A stretch of DNA of 64,000 nucleotides from a virus, in the IMG/VR virus record IMGVR_UViG_3300033047_000016; one strand, written 5' to 3'. How positions within the stretch are numbered: position 1 is the first letter of the stretch; every line of letters begins with the position of its first letter. Both the position numbers and the translations under genes were made by a program. Positions 1-8,377 of the stretch are shown here, in pieces. The notes under the pieces are model-generated. The model had not been told where the DNA came from. It was given only the letters and a program-made list of their open reading frames with translations, and made no database searches.

Positions 1-70
1 GCAACGGCAATCCCGGCAACGGCAATCCCGGCAACGGCAATCCCGGCAACGGCAATCCCGGCAACGGCAA
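1..70 (+). repeat. 15-bp tandem repeat GGCAACGGCAATCCC (GNGNP)
   Basis: About 4.5 perfect copies from position 1; 30-bp tandem repeats also at about 247-355. Confidence 0.95.
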
Positions 71-368
71 CAATGGGCATGGCAATGGGGACCAAAACGC
101 GCCGGGTAACTCTGGCGGAAACAACAACGCCGAAAACAGTGACAACTCCGGCAATGGTAACTCTGGTCAAGGCATCGGTGGCTCCGGCGTAGGTAACAGC
201 GGAAACGGTAATAACGGCCAAGGTAACGGCGACCAAGGCTCACCGGGTAACTCCGGCGGCAATGGTGGAGGCAATGGTAACTCCGGCGGCAATGGTGGAG
301 GCAATGGTAACTCCGGCGGTAACGGCAACGCTGGTGGTAATGGTAACTCCGGCGGTGGCAAGAAATAA
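1..368 (+). CDS. 3' end of Gly/Asn-rich low-complexity protein (5' truncated by window)
   Basis: Frame 3 is open from the window start to TAA at 366-368; GNGNP repeats, two NNGxGNGDQxxPGNSGGN motifs, ends GGGKK. Confidence 0.75.
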   Translation, partial: NGNPGNGNPGNGNPGNGNPGNGNNGHGNGDQNAPGNSGGNNNAENSDNSGNGNSGQGIGGSGVGNSGNGNNGQGNGDQGSPGNSGGNGGGNGNSGGNGGGNGNSGGNGNAGGNGNSGGGKK

Positions 369-375
369 GGGAATA

Positions 376-403
376 GTACGCCCCGCCTAACGGCGGGGTG
401 TAC
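376..403 (+). terminator. GC-rich hairpin, probable terminator
   Basis: GTACGCCCCGCC-TAAC-GGCGGGGTGTAC just after the stop codon; no strong U tract. Confidence 0.55.
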
Positions 404-445
404 AGCCTTACACAGCAGGTAGCAGACAAAATATACACATAAGGC

Positions 446-474
446 TTGACGAATCATTCTTCAGCCATTATGTA
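446..474 (+). promoter_or_regulatory. sigma70-like promoter with overlapping CGAATCA
   Basis: TTGACG-N17-TATGTA; AGGAGG RBS before ATG at 502. Confidence 0.7.
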
Positions 475-501
475 TTTCTCAACTGAACACAGGAGGAACC
501 A

Positions 502-777
502 ATGTCCCAAGAAACTAATCAACTGATCGACATGCTATACACTGCGAACATGGATGTGAGACGATTGACCGACGAGAACACACGTTTGGCTCAGAGACTC
601 ACCGCAGCGCAGAGCGATTTGCAGTATGCACAAAATCTTGTAAACACTGGGGAACTGGCAAAATATATCGCCACTACAGCTTCTGGTCTTATTGATGCCA
701 TCAAGGCATACCGCCGCATCACAGGTTATGGACTGAAAGTATCCAAGGAAGCCATCGAAGAGTTTTGGGTGGGCTGA
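502..777 (+). CDS. coiled-coil protein with ribosomal L7/L12 C-terminal-like domain
   Basis: IDAIKAYRRITGYGLKVSKEAIE resembles the L7/L12 CTD motif (IxxIKxxRxxTGxGLKEAKxxVE). Confidence 0.65.
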   Translation: MSQETNQLIDMLYTANMDVRRLTDENTRLAQRLTAAQSDLQYAQNLVNTGELAKYIATTASGLIDAIKAYRRITGYGLKVSKEAIEEFWVG

Positions 778-778
778 C

Positions 779-1453
779 ATGGAACAGGCATTACGTATTG
801 CAAAGAATCAATTGATCAATCTCCTGAAAGACGCTGGGATCGTACTTGACCCAGACGATATGATTGTTGGTGGTGTTGTTAGGGATATTCTTCTCGGTAA
901 AGAATTTGGGGACATCGACGTTTATTCACCTACGCGTCAGGGGTCCAATGTGACATTTTTGCCACAGTATTGGGATCGTGTCAACGTTAAGTTCACAGAC
1001 AAGACCCACGGCGGAATTGAATACATGAATGCAGTCTACAAGATGGGTGGGCTGACCATTGACCATAAATTCTATCCGCAGTCTGGATTAATGGCGTGTG
1101 AAGATGTTGAGCATCTGTTCATGGCGAGCATATGCCAGTGTGCGTACTCTCCTATGGAGGGGGTTTATGTGTCTAAGGCATTCCTCAAGACTATCCAGAA
1201 CAAGACGGTTACGTTTGACAGGGCGGTACCAAACTGGAACGAGACAGACGGTCGGGGAGCAAACCACCACAGAGATAAGTTGATGGCAAAATTCCCCGAT
1301 TATACCTTCGATAAGTTGCCAGCGGCTAAGGACACTGTCAATAAGACAAACACCAGCAGGCTACCAACCTCTGACGAGGTCTATGAATCAGAGAAAAATA
1401 AGCGGGCTTACGCCGCCTATGTCAACGGGGACGACGACGACTATGGAAGCTGA
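779..1453 (+). CDS. nucleotidyltransferase, CCA/poly(A) polymerase head-like
   Basis: VGGVVRDILLGKEFGDIDVY signature (GG-x-x-RD ... DxD). Confidence 0.75.
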   Translation: MEQALRIAKNQLINLLKDAGIVLDPDDMIVGGVVRDILLGKEFGDIDVYSPTRQGSNVTFLPQYWDRVNVKFTDKTHGGIEYMNAVYKMGGLTIDHKFYPQSGLMACEDVEHLFMASICQCAYSPMEGVYVSKAFLKTIQNKTVTFDRAVPNWNETDGRGANHHRDKLMAKFPDYTFDKLPAAKDTVNKTNTSRLPTSDEVYESEKNKRAYAAYVNGDDDDYGS

Positions 1454-1454
1454 T

Positions 1455-1943
1455 ATGGTACACATACGCACCAATCGCGGCTACTGGCGTGATGGTGGGC
1501 ATGGATATTGTAGTGAACCCGCTGACGCGGGCCTGTTTGAACGCACAGACGCTGAAGACACAATAAAAGACCTTGGCCCGGAATTCAACGCCAAGCTCGT
1601 AGCTGTAAAGGAGTCAAAAATGTTTACCCAAGGACAAGAAGTTTACAACAGCACCGGAGAGAAGTTTTTCTTTGACCATGTGCACGGCAACTCCGCTTAC
1701 GTGTATCCAATTGTGGTTGTTCAGAATATTTATGACGGTGGATACGAAGAAGACGAGGTTGCGGCTGAACATCTATTTGAAATACTGATGAAAAACTTGC
1801 AGGCACAACCACCGGTTGCAGCCATTGAAAAATCTATCGTCAATCTACGTGAGGAGAAGGCCGAGGCAAAAAGGCATTACACGAACTTCGGCAAAGTTCT
1901 ATTGTGGCCCGGAGAGAACTGGTGGAGCATGAAAAAGACTTGA
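1455..1943 (+). CDS. hypothetical protein with internal RBS/ATG at 1620; probably frameshifted into 1904-2458
   Basis: ORF track; AAGGAG before ATG at 1620; coiled coil continues in the -1 frame at 1868-1873. Confidence 0.55.
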   Translation: MVHIRTNRGYWRDGGHGYCSEPADAGLFERTDAEDTIKDLGPEFNAKLVAVKESKMFTQGQEVYNSTGEKFFFDHVHGNSAYVYPIVVVQNIYDGGYEEDEVAAEHLFEILMKNLQAQPPVAAIEKSIVNLREEKAEAKRHYTNFGKVLLWPGENWWSMKKT

Positions 1944-2458
1944 CCACATGGGAGAAGGAACACCCCATGTTCAAGGAGATTTTGGCACTGATGCGCGGCG
2001 AAGAAATGTATGCCTTGGCGTTACCGCCGTGGACTCACACATATCACATGCCCACAATTATGCAACAGAATGACATGCGTGTGTTGACGCTTAAAAACGT
2101 CGGTATGGGAACGTTCAAATGGATCGGACATTGGAATAAAGATTCTTGGGGTTCTGATGTTGTAACTGAAGTTGTCGAGTTTTTTGCTACTGAGAAAGAG
2201 TTGAACAAAGCTTTGGAGGTTTTGTGGATTTATGTACTGGAAGCGTTTGAAAAGCGTGAATCAGGCATAAAATTTGGCCCCGGATACGTTACAGGCAAGA
2301 TCGTAAACTACGCACAGTTGGAGAAATGGGTTGACAAGTTCCCATGCCTTGTGATACCAGACAGCGTGGAAGAGGACCGTGCGGCGTATACAGACGCCAA
2401 CAAGAAACGTCTGATTGAAGACGCGCGGGCAAAGTTGGAAGAATTGGAGGGAAAATGA
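1904..2458 (+). CDS. hypothetical protein, probable C-terminal half of the gene starting at 1620
   Basis: Frame is open upstream (KALHELRQSSIVARRELV); no obvious RBS. Confidence 0.55.
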   Translation: MARRELVEHEKDLTTWEKEHPMFKEILALMRGEEMYALALPPWTHTYHMPTIMQQNDMRVLTLKNVGMGTFKWIGHWNKDSWGSDVVTEVVEFFATEKELNKALEVLWIYVLEAFEKRESGIKFGPGYVTGKIVNYAQLEKWVDKFPCLVIPDSVEEDRAAYTDANKKRLIEDARAKLEELEGK

Positions 2459-2748
2459 CTGGCAGCGCACAAGTAACACTGCATCGTAATGTAGGCGGTG
2501 CAGCGGTGATGATTCCTGTTGACTTCGGCGCTGGCATTGAGTATGTCAAGGTTGGGATGCAGATCGTATCCGCGCCGAAGAGTTACAAAGATACCGCAGA
2601 GCACCGCACACGCTTGGAAGAAGCCTTCAAAGCGGCGTTGCATGATCCTGTTGATGTTACCATCACAGGAAAGAGTGCCAAGACACATAGACAACTACTC
2701 CACGTCGCGCTTTCGACGATTGTTGAGTGGAAAATGAAGGGTAAATAA
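2455..2748 (+). CDS. hypothetical protein
   Basis: ATGA overlap with previous gene, GGAGG RBS. Confidence 0.7.
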   Translation: MTGSAQVTLHRNVGGAAVMIPVDFGAGIEYVKVGMQIVSAPKSYKDTAEHRTRLEEAFKAALHDPVDVTITGKSAKTHRQLLHVALSTIVEWKMKGK

Positions 2749-2750
2749 TA

Positions 2751-2954
2751 ATGTGGATTGAATTTGACATTGTAGATTCAGAGGAAAAGATCACAAGGGT
2801 GCCAATCAATATGGACACCATCGTTCTTTTTTCCCCCATCGACGATTCCGCATATCCGAAAGCCAACTCCATTCTATATCCGAGTGGGGGACAGTTTACT
2901 TCACTGCCAGTAACGGCAATTTACGAGACAATCAAGGAGAGTCTAAATGTCTGA
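2751..2954 (+). CDS. hypothetical protein
   Basis: Tightly packed ORF in operon. Confidence 0.65.
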   Translation: MWIEFDIVDSEEKITRVPINMDTIVLFSPIDDSAYPKANSILYPSGGQFTSLPVTAIYETIKESLNV

Positions 2955-3249
2955 TTTTATTACTATCGAAGTGGTTTCGTTCACACCAGAACAACGGGGC
3001 CAACCATCACCAGAGTTCCCACAAGGGGAAGTTGTGGCACCCGCAAAGCACAACACGTTCAACATGTATGTGCGCCCGGAACACGTCGCCGCAACAAATG
3101 TGGTTGAGGAAGGTCCGACGGAGTCCATCAACAGTATCGTGTACTTCTCGTCGGAGTCCGCCTTGAAGCCGGTACTGTCTACCGCAACACCTGAAGACGT
3201 GGTAAGCGTGGTGGATGCAGCGTATGCGGCGTGGAATGCTGATGCGTGA
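2947..3249 (+). CDS. hypothetical protein
   Basis: AAGGAG RBS, overlapping start. Confidence 0.7.
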   Translation: MSDFITIEVVSFTPEQRGQPSPEFPQGEVVAPAKHNTFNMYVRPEHVAATNVVEEGPTESINSIVYFSSESALKPVLSTATPEDVVSVVDAAYAAWNADA

Positions 3250-3373
3250 TATCATCAGCGTATTTGCGCTTATCCTCCTGTTGTCTCTGATTATAGACCC
3301 AGAGGCAACGGGAGAAAACTTACGAGGCACTTGGGAGAGCTTCAACAGCGGATTAAGTGGAGACGACTATTGA
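3242..3373 (+). CDS. small membrane protein (43 aa)
   Basis: Manual translation MRDIISVFALILLLSLIIDPEATG...; fills the gap between genes. Confidence 0.55.
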   Translation: MRDIISVFALILLLSLIIDPEATGENLRGTWESFNSGLSGDDY

Positions 3374-3398
3374 CATAGTCGCCCACCACCCTTATATC
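3364..3398 (+). promoter_or_regulatory. sigma70-like promoter with inverted repeat over the -35
   Basis: TTGACA(3370)-N17-TATATC; CGACTAT-TGAC-ATAGTCG inverted repeat. Confidence 0.7.
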
Positions 3399-3429
3399 AG
3401 TTCCAACAGAAACACAGGAGGAACTGAAA

Positions 3430-3768
3430 ATGAGCACCATCACACACACAACCATCACCGTAACAAGTGAATTAGACCATGAATTTTGGGCCATGCGGTA
3501 TGCCGCAGTTGATATCTTCGGCGAAAGCGTATCACAACCGGCGCAAGGTACCGTAAATTCGTCGCAGACGTTTGTGATTGCCCCATCCGGTTCCAAGGAC
3601 GGCTGGCCAGACGCCGATCAGCATGACGAAAAGATCAAGAAATTCTCTCAACATGTATTCCGGGCTGAATTCCCCGGCGAAGTCGTGGTGACTCGGTTCA
3701 ACACAGACGATGGTTCTATCAAAGCCTACATCATGCGCAATTCGTACGATTGTGACTTGCACCGCTAA
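3430..3768 (+). CDS. hypothetical protein
   Basis: AGGAGG RBS; IAPSGSKDGW motif. Confidence 0.75.
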   Translation: MSTITHTTITVTSELDHEFWAMRYAAVDIFGESVSQPAQGTVNSSQTFVIAPSGSKDGWPDADQHDEKIKKFSQHVFRAEFPGEVVVTRFNTDDGSIKAYIMRNSYDCDLHR

Positions 3769-3785
3769 CGCGAATCAGCTACGGT
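3757..3785 (+). promoter_or_regulatory. sigma70-like promoter with CGAATCA in spacer
   Basis: TTGCAC-N17-TACGGT. Confidence 0.55.
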
Positions 3786-3810
3786 GTACGGGAAATGAAT
3801 GGAGGAACAC

Positions 3811-4023
3811 ATGACTAACCAAACTATCCTAGACCAGTACGGGACAAAGCAAGATGCTTTGGAGCACCTGTGCGACACCCTGATCGTTGAAGAGCCATAC
3901 GCGGCCCTGTTTAGTACTGAGCAAGAGGCGTTCCATGTGTGGGCGTTCAAGAATTCTGCCCACTACATTGATGGCGACTACATCGACTGGGTGGGCGCGT
4001 TCTATGATTGGCAGGACTTGTGA
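3811..4023 (+). CDS. hypothetical protein
   Basis: GGAGG RBS before ATG at 3811. Confidence 0.65.
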   Translation: MTNQTILDQYGTKQDALEHLCDTLIVEEPYAALFSTEQEAFHVWAFKNSAHYIDGDYIDWVGAFYDWQDL

Positions 4024-4460
4024 TGAAGCTTACTGTATCCCAAGGGTGTTTTTCCGGCAGTCCTGTGGCATTTGCCGCGTGGCGGCTGCTACTGGCTAAG
4101 GCGGCTGGGTTTGGGGTTGTCACGTTCCGAATTGACGACACACCATTGTTGGTGCCAGACCTTGATGTTGACATGCTGACCATGGAGAATATCATGGGCG
4201 TGTGGGAGACTGATCCAGAGGACATTATATTGGTGTTGCTGGCCCACTGTGACTATGAAGGTTGCATCTATCCAAACCACCTTATTCCACTGGCTGATCG
4301 ACTGGAAGCTTTGGCAGAGAACTTGATCGACTCCAGCGACTTCACATATAAGTCCCCAAAGCATTTAGAAGAAGTGGCACTGACCAGACGCTTTGCCGCC
4401 GGTCTCCGGGTAGCAGCCGCAGCTAACGTTGCTGTTGTATTCGAGTGTGAGGACATGTAG
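4023..4460 (+). CDS. hypothetical protein
   Basis: TGATG coupling; LLAHCDYEGCI motif. Confidence 0.7.
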   Translation: MKLTVSQGCFSGSPVAFAAWRLLLAKAAGFGVVTFRIDDTPLLVPDLDVDMLTMENIMGVWETDPEDIILVLLAHCDYEGCIYPNHLIPLADRLEALAENLIDSSDFTYKSPKHLEEVALTRRFAAGLRVAAAANVAVVFECEDM

Positions 4461-5152
4461 TGCCAGCCTATCTTGCAACAGTAGAGACAGACGAGGGAGC
4501 AGTTGGCGACATTCGTTTCGTCAATCACGCTGTTATAGCACGCCGCGAAGCCGCAAACGAACATAATGATGGTGAGTTTGGCGGCGTACATGTAACGCGT
4601 ATGGCTAAATTTGACAAATATGAAAACGCTGGATCAATCCCATTCTGGGAAATGATGAGCCTTGGATGGTGGGGCGAGTGCTGGGAGTGTGGCATACGCA
4701 TCGAGCAAGACTCTGAGGAAATGGATGATCTTGGTCTGTCCATAGTTGATGTTGTTGGTACGTTCGGAGGGCAAATATTTTGCTGCGAGGCACATAGTGA
4801 CGACCACAAGCGCACTAAGGAATACAGAAACAGGGTGACCGAGCAGTGGCGCAACAGGATGAAGGCCACCGTCGAAGGTAAGTATGGAACAGATGGAATC
4901 ACATTCGGAGGAATGTTTGACTGCACCATGGATTTGTGGGGAGATTCTATGCCAACCGTGCGTTATGCAACTATAGGTTTTAGCATCCCCGGAACAAATT
5001 CAGATGATATCCGCATGACTTACACTGCGGAAACAAATGATGAAAAAGAGAAATACAACCTGCACTTTTACAGGGAACATACTGACTTGGTTAGTGATTT
5101 TGTTTTCAAGCGTACTGGAAAAAAGCTTGACATACAAGATAAGTGTGACTAA
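4460..5152 (+). CDS. hypothetical protein with Cys motifs
   Basis: GWWGECWECG and FCC motifs; coupled GTG start. Confidence 0.7.
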   Translation: MPAYLATVETDEGAVGDIRFVNHAVIARREAANEHNDGEFGGVHVTRMAKFDKYENAGSIPFWEMMSLGWWGECWECGIRIEQDSEEMDDLGLSIVDVVGTFGGQIFCCEAHSDDHKRTKEYRNRVTEQWRNRMKATVEGKYGTDGITFGGMFDCTMDLWGDSMPTVRYATIGFSIPGTNSDDIRMTYTAETNDEKEKYNLHFYREHTDLVSDFVFKRTGKKLDIQDKCD

Positions 5153-5155
5153 GTA
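5127..5155 (+). promoter_or_regulatory. sigma70-like promoter
   Basis: TTGACA-N17-TAAGTA. Confidence 0.6.
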
Positions 5156-5187
5156 TAGCACAACAACAATTTCATGGAGGAACAAAA

Positions 5188-5541
5188 ATGGGGTCTGCAA
5201 AGAAGACATACCGAAAGCTGACAGACGCTGATCTGGCTGAGATTGCTGCGGAGTATCGCACCAAGCGTGCGTTTTACGATGGGGATTCGTCTGCATTCGT
5301 TACAGCGGCTCGTCGTGGAATTCTCTCGGACATCAGCACACACATGTTTACTGGCAGGTTCAAGTGGACGAAAGAAATGATCTTGAACGAGGCAAAGAAA
5401 TACAAGACACGCACCGATTTTGCTAACGGCAGTCGTGCGGCTTACACTGCTGCTAAGCGCCGAGGCTTCTTCGACGAGGCTTGCGCGCACATGCCGAGAT
5501 ATGTAAGCAAGAAGCAGAAAGAAAAGGAGGCCGCAGCATGA
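5188..5541 (+). CDS. basic repeat protein resembling the DNA-binding repeats of the GIY-YIG nuclease at 53417
   Basis: Two repeats of pattern A..Y.T...F......A...A.RRG......HM. Confidence 0.7.
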   Translation: MGSAKKTYRKLTDADLAEIAAEYRTKRAFYDGDSSAFVTAARRGILSDISTHMFTGRFKWTKEMILNEAKKYKTRTDFANGSRAAYTAAKRRGFFDEACAHMPRYVSKKQKEKEAAA

Positions 5542-5816
5542 TTATTGCACTAGACTTCGATGGTACATTTGATCAGGACGTGTTGGGGTGGACGACGTTC
5601 GCCATCCATATGCGTGTTCGTGGGCACAAGGTGATTGGTGTTACCATGAGGCACCCCCACGAAACTGCTGGTGACATGCAAGCATTTCACGCGGCATGCG
5701 AAGACGTACATTACACCAGCCGGAAAGCAAAGCAACCGTTTTTGGCGGCAAAGGGAATTAACGTAGACGTATGGATTGACGACAATCCACATTGGGTGAA
5801 CAACGATGCAAGATGA
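5538..5816 (+). CDS. small HAD-family phosphatase
   Basis: IALDFDGT motif I and WIDDNP motif IV. Confidence 0.8.
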   Translation: MIIALDFDGTFDQDVLGWTTFAIHMRVRGHKVIGVTMRHPHETAGDMQAFHAACEDVHYTSRKAKQPFLAAKGINVDVWIDDNPHWVNNDAR

Positions 5817-6648
5817 TTTAGGCGACCGCATGAAGGGCTACGAGGCCATTGAAGCGAAGCGACGCTTGGATACGTCGCTACCAGTAATCGCACGCCTAGA
5901 TGGGCGGGGGTTCTCGAAATTCACCAAGGGCTTTGAAAAACCCTTCTACTCTCGCATGACATACGCCATGGACGACGCAACTACACACCTAGTGAAAATG
6001 TCCGGTGCCGATATAGGCTACACACAGTCCGATGAAATAACACTGATCTGGGGTCCCAGCGATAATCCGCTGTCACAGATGTTCTTCAACGGACGCACAC
6101 AAAAACTGTGCAGTGTCCTTGCTAGTTCGTGCTCAATGGTGTTTGCCAAATCTCTTTCAAAACATATGGGAAACATCAACGCAGTATTTGACCGCATGCC
6201 ACACTTCGATTGCCGTGTATGGACCGTTCCATCCGAGGCAGAGGCTGCAAACACCTTACTGTGGCGGTCGCAAGACGCGCGTAGGAATGGTATAACTGTG
6301 TTCTGTCAGCAGTGGGTCAGTCACAAGAAATTACAGGGCCTGTGCCAGAAAGATATGCTTGAAGCGGCTCACGCCGCTGGGGCACCACCAGTGAGTGAAT
6401 ATTGTAGTAAACGAGAAAGGTTCGGGGGCTATTTCAAGAGCGTAACAGACACCAGAACCCTACCAACGGAGGTATGGAAACGCATGCCTGAAAAGAATCG
6501 ACCAAAACCGGGTACGCTATACACACGCAGCGACGTACGAATTGTTGCCAATTGCTATCTTGGCGATGTCGGTGATGCACAAGCGCGTGAAGACTTCATC
6601 TTCGACAAGTTTGGTGTGGAAGAACGGCGTAAGGCACTAGCATGCTGA
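5806..6648 (+). CDS. thg1: tRNA-His guanylyltransferase (Thg1)-like protein
   Basis: RLDGRGFSKFT, YTQSDEI, GRTQKL, FDCR and WRSQDARRN motifs. Confidence 0.92.
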   Translation: MQDDLGDRMKGYEAIEAKRRLDTSLPVIARLDGRGFSKFTKGFEKPFYSRMTYAMDDATTHLVKMSGADIGYTQSDEITLIWGPSDNPLSQMFFNGRTQKLCSVLASSCSMVFAKSLSKHMGNINAVFDRMPHFDCRVWTVPSEAEAANTLLWRSQDARRNGITVFCQQWVSHKKLQGLCQKDMLEAAHAAGAPPVSEYCSKRERFGGYFKSVTDTRTLPTEVWKRMPEKNRPKPGTLYTRSDVRIVANCYLGDVGDAQAREDFIFDKFGVEERRKALAC

Positions 6649-6815
6649 TTAACCCAAAAGTGTCTTATTACACCACACACGCTGATGGCTTAGTTCAGGT
6701 ATTTTCAAAGGTTGATACCGATTTTGGTGGGCCAGCCCACAACTTTATCGCTGAAAAAAATACAGAGGAAGAAGCAGAAGAACTGATCACCAAATTAAAA
6801 GCACTACTCCACTGA
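6642..6815 (+). CDS. hypothetical protein (57 aa)
   Basis: Manual translation MLINPKVSYY...LKALLH; overlaps the thg1 stop. Confidence 0.55.
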   Translation: MLINPKVSYYTTHADGLVQVFSKVDTDFGGPAHNFIAEKNTEEEAEELITKLKALLH

Positions 6816-6822
6816 TTGCTTG

Positions 6823-6851
6823 TTGAAAAGTATAGCAGTGTGTATTATATG
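6823..6851 (+). promoter_or_regulatory. sigma70-like promoter
   Basis: TTGAAA-N17-TATATG; TAAGGAGG RBS downstream. Confidence 0.6.
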
Positions 6852-6878
6852 TAAGTCAACCAATAAGGAGGACTCATT

Positions 6879-7307
6879 GTGGATGCACAGTACAAGATTA
6901 CTAAACGCCCTATCGGACGCTGTTGGAACCTGTTGAATGTTGGAGTAAATCCAGAGCTTGATTTGGCGTACGAGGTTGGGGTGTTCCTGACCAAGAAAGA
7001 AGCCATCGGCGTGTTGAAAAAGATACAGGAACACCCTGATCAATTATTCGCTGAGTGGTTTTTTGGTGATGCCGTCTTTCGTGTGCCAACAATGCCCGGA
7101 AAGACCGAGTTGGATACGGCGGATCAGTTTGCCATTATATTCTACCGCGCATGGAATATTGTAGCCCCGCACACGAAAGTAAGTAACATCGGAAAGCAGT
7201 TGCAACCGATGATCGACGCCATGTTTGTATGTCAGACATACTATACATCAACAATTTACGATCTTGAAATGGAAATTGCGATGCAACAAGCTGGGGAGGA
7301 TTGGTGA
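6879..7307 (+). CDS. hypothetical protein
   Basis: Strong RBS with GTG start. Confidence 0.7.
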   Translation: MDAQYKITKRPIGRCWNLLNVGVNPELDLAYEVGVFLTKKEAIGVLKKIQEHPDQLFAEWFFGDAVFRVPTMPGKTELDTADQFAIIFYRAWNIVAPHTKVSNIGKQLQPMIDAMFVCQTYYTSTIYDLEMEIAMQQAGEDW

Positions 7308-7549
7308 TGGGCGCTTTACAATTAGCTGTAAAGGCGTATGCACAAGCTGAAATGTGTGCGTATGACTCTCTGCCAAAAGTGGTTCGCGCTGTTTTTGCTA
7401 ACGCACCACAAGGTGTATCAGTTAGAAGCATGTTTAAACTTCCGGGTGTCGTGAAGGCGTACAAAGAACACCCACCAGAGCGCTTTGCCATGATACTTGA
7501 GAATCATTTTGTAGCGATGGCTAGAGACACACACACAAATAGTCCTTGA
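7307..7549 (+). CDS. hypothetical protein (DUF6525-like)
   Basis: MCAYDSLPKVVRAVFANAP recalls the M.AYD.LP..LR.....A pattern of a Rhodobacteraceae family. Confidence 0.5.
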   Translation: MGALQLAVKAYAQAEMCAYDSLPKVVRAVFANAPQGVSVRSMFKLPGVVKAYKEHPPERFAMILENHFVAMARDTHTNSP

Positions 7550-7574
7550 CATATGCCGCCAACCACTGTAGACA
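7546..7574 (+). promoter_or_regulatory. sigma70-like promoter
   Basis: TTGACA-N17-TAGACA. Confidence 0.55.
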
Positions 7575-7600
7575 AAAACAAAACTGAAAAGGAGTTTATT

Positions 7601-7861
7601 ATGATTAGACATGCTATGGCCCTGTTCTTGGGCTACTGCCTAGCCGCGTTGTTTTCATCGAGCGTGGCAATGACTGTGTCAGCAACCCTGTGGGGATCGG
7701 CGTGGACTTGGGGTATTTTGATTTTCTGGAGCCTGATGGGCTATCTGTTGATTATTCCTGTTCTATTTGCATTGTTCTTGGGGGTCTGTGCTACTGGTTT
7801 TGGTAGCCTGATGGGGGTGGCTTGGCTGCTTGACAAGATCAACGAGGTTAAAAACCGGTGA
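7601..7861 (+). CDS. membrane protein
   Basis: AAGGAG RBS; long hydrophobic segments. Confidence 0.7.
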   Translation: MIRHAMALFLGYCLAALFSSSVAMTVSATLWGSAWTWGILIFWSLMGYLLIIPVLFALFLGVCATGFGSLMGVAWLLDKINEVKNR

Positions 7862-8376
7862 GACAGGGGCTTGTAATAGATGTAGAGGCCACCGGACCCC
7901 ACCCGGTATCTTATTCCATGATTCAGATCGGCGCTGTCGATCTGAATGGAGCGGAATTCACCTGTAAGATGCGCCCAAGAATTGGATCGAACTGTGACGC
8001 AGGGGCGCTTAAAGCAATTGGTGTGACGTACGAAGAAGCGTGGGATCGTCCAAATCCAAAAACACAAATGCTGCTGTTTGATGAATTCCTACTCGACACA
8101 TATGGGAATAACCGGATAACCAGTTGGTCGGACAATCCAGCCTTTGATTGGCAGTTCATCAACGCAGATATGCACGAATATACTGGTGGCAACCGACTTG
8201 GATTCAGCATGCGCCGCATCGGTGACCTGTACGCCGGACACATGCAGGACCCGCGAAAGGCTACGGCGTGGAAGAAGTTCAGAAAAACGAGGCACACCCA
8301 CGATGCCTTAGACGACGCACGCGGTAATGCTGAAGCGTTGAAGAAAATCTTAGGGATGATTGAACGGAAGAAGTAA
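7858..8376 (+). CDS. DEDD 3'-5' exonuclease (RNase AS-like)
   Basis: IDVEATGP, AFDWQFI and HTHDALDDARG motifs. Confidence 0.85.
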   Translation: MRQGLVIDVEATGPHPVSYSMIQIGAVDLNGAEFTCKMRPRIGSNCDAGALKAIGVTYEEAWDRPNPKTQMLLFDEFLLDTYGNNRITSWSDNPAFDWQFINADMHEYTGGNRLGFSMRRIGDLYAGHMQDPRKATAWKKFRKTRHTHDALDDARGNAEALKKILGMIERKK

Positions 8377-8377
8377 G

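Noticed and set aside
167-457. Pro-rich minus-strand ORF
   Set aside because: Antisense shadow of the Gly/Asn repeat gene on the plus strand
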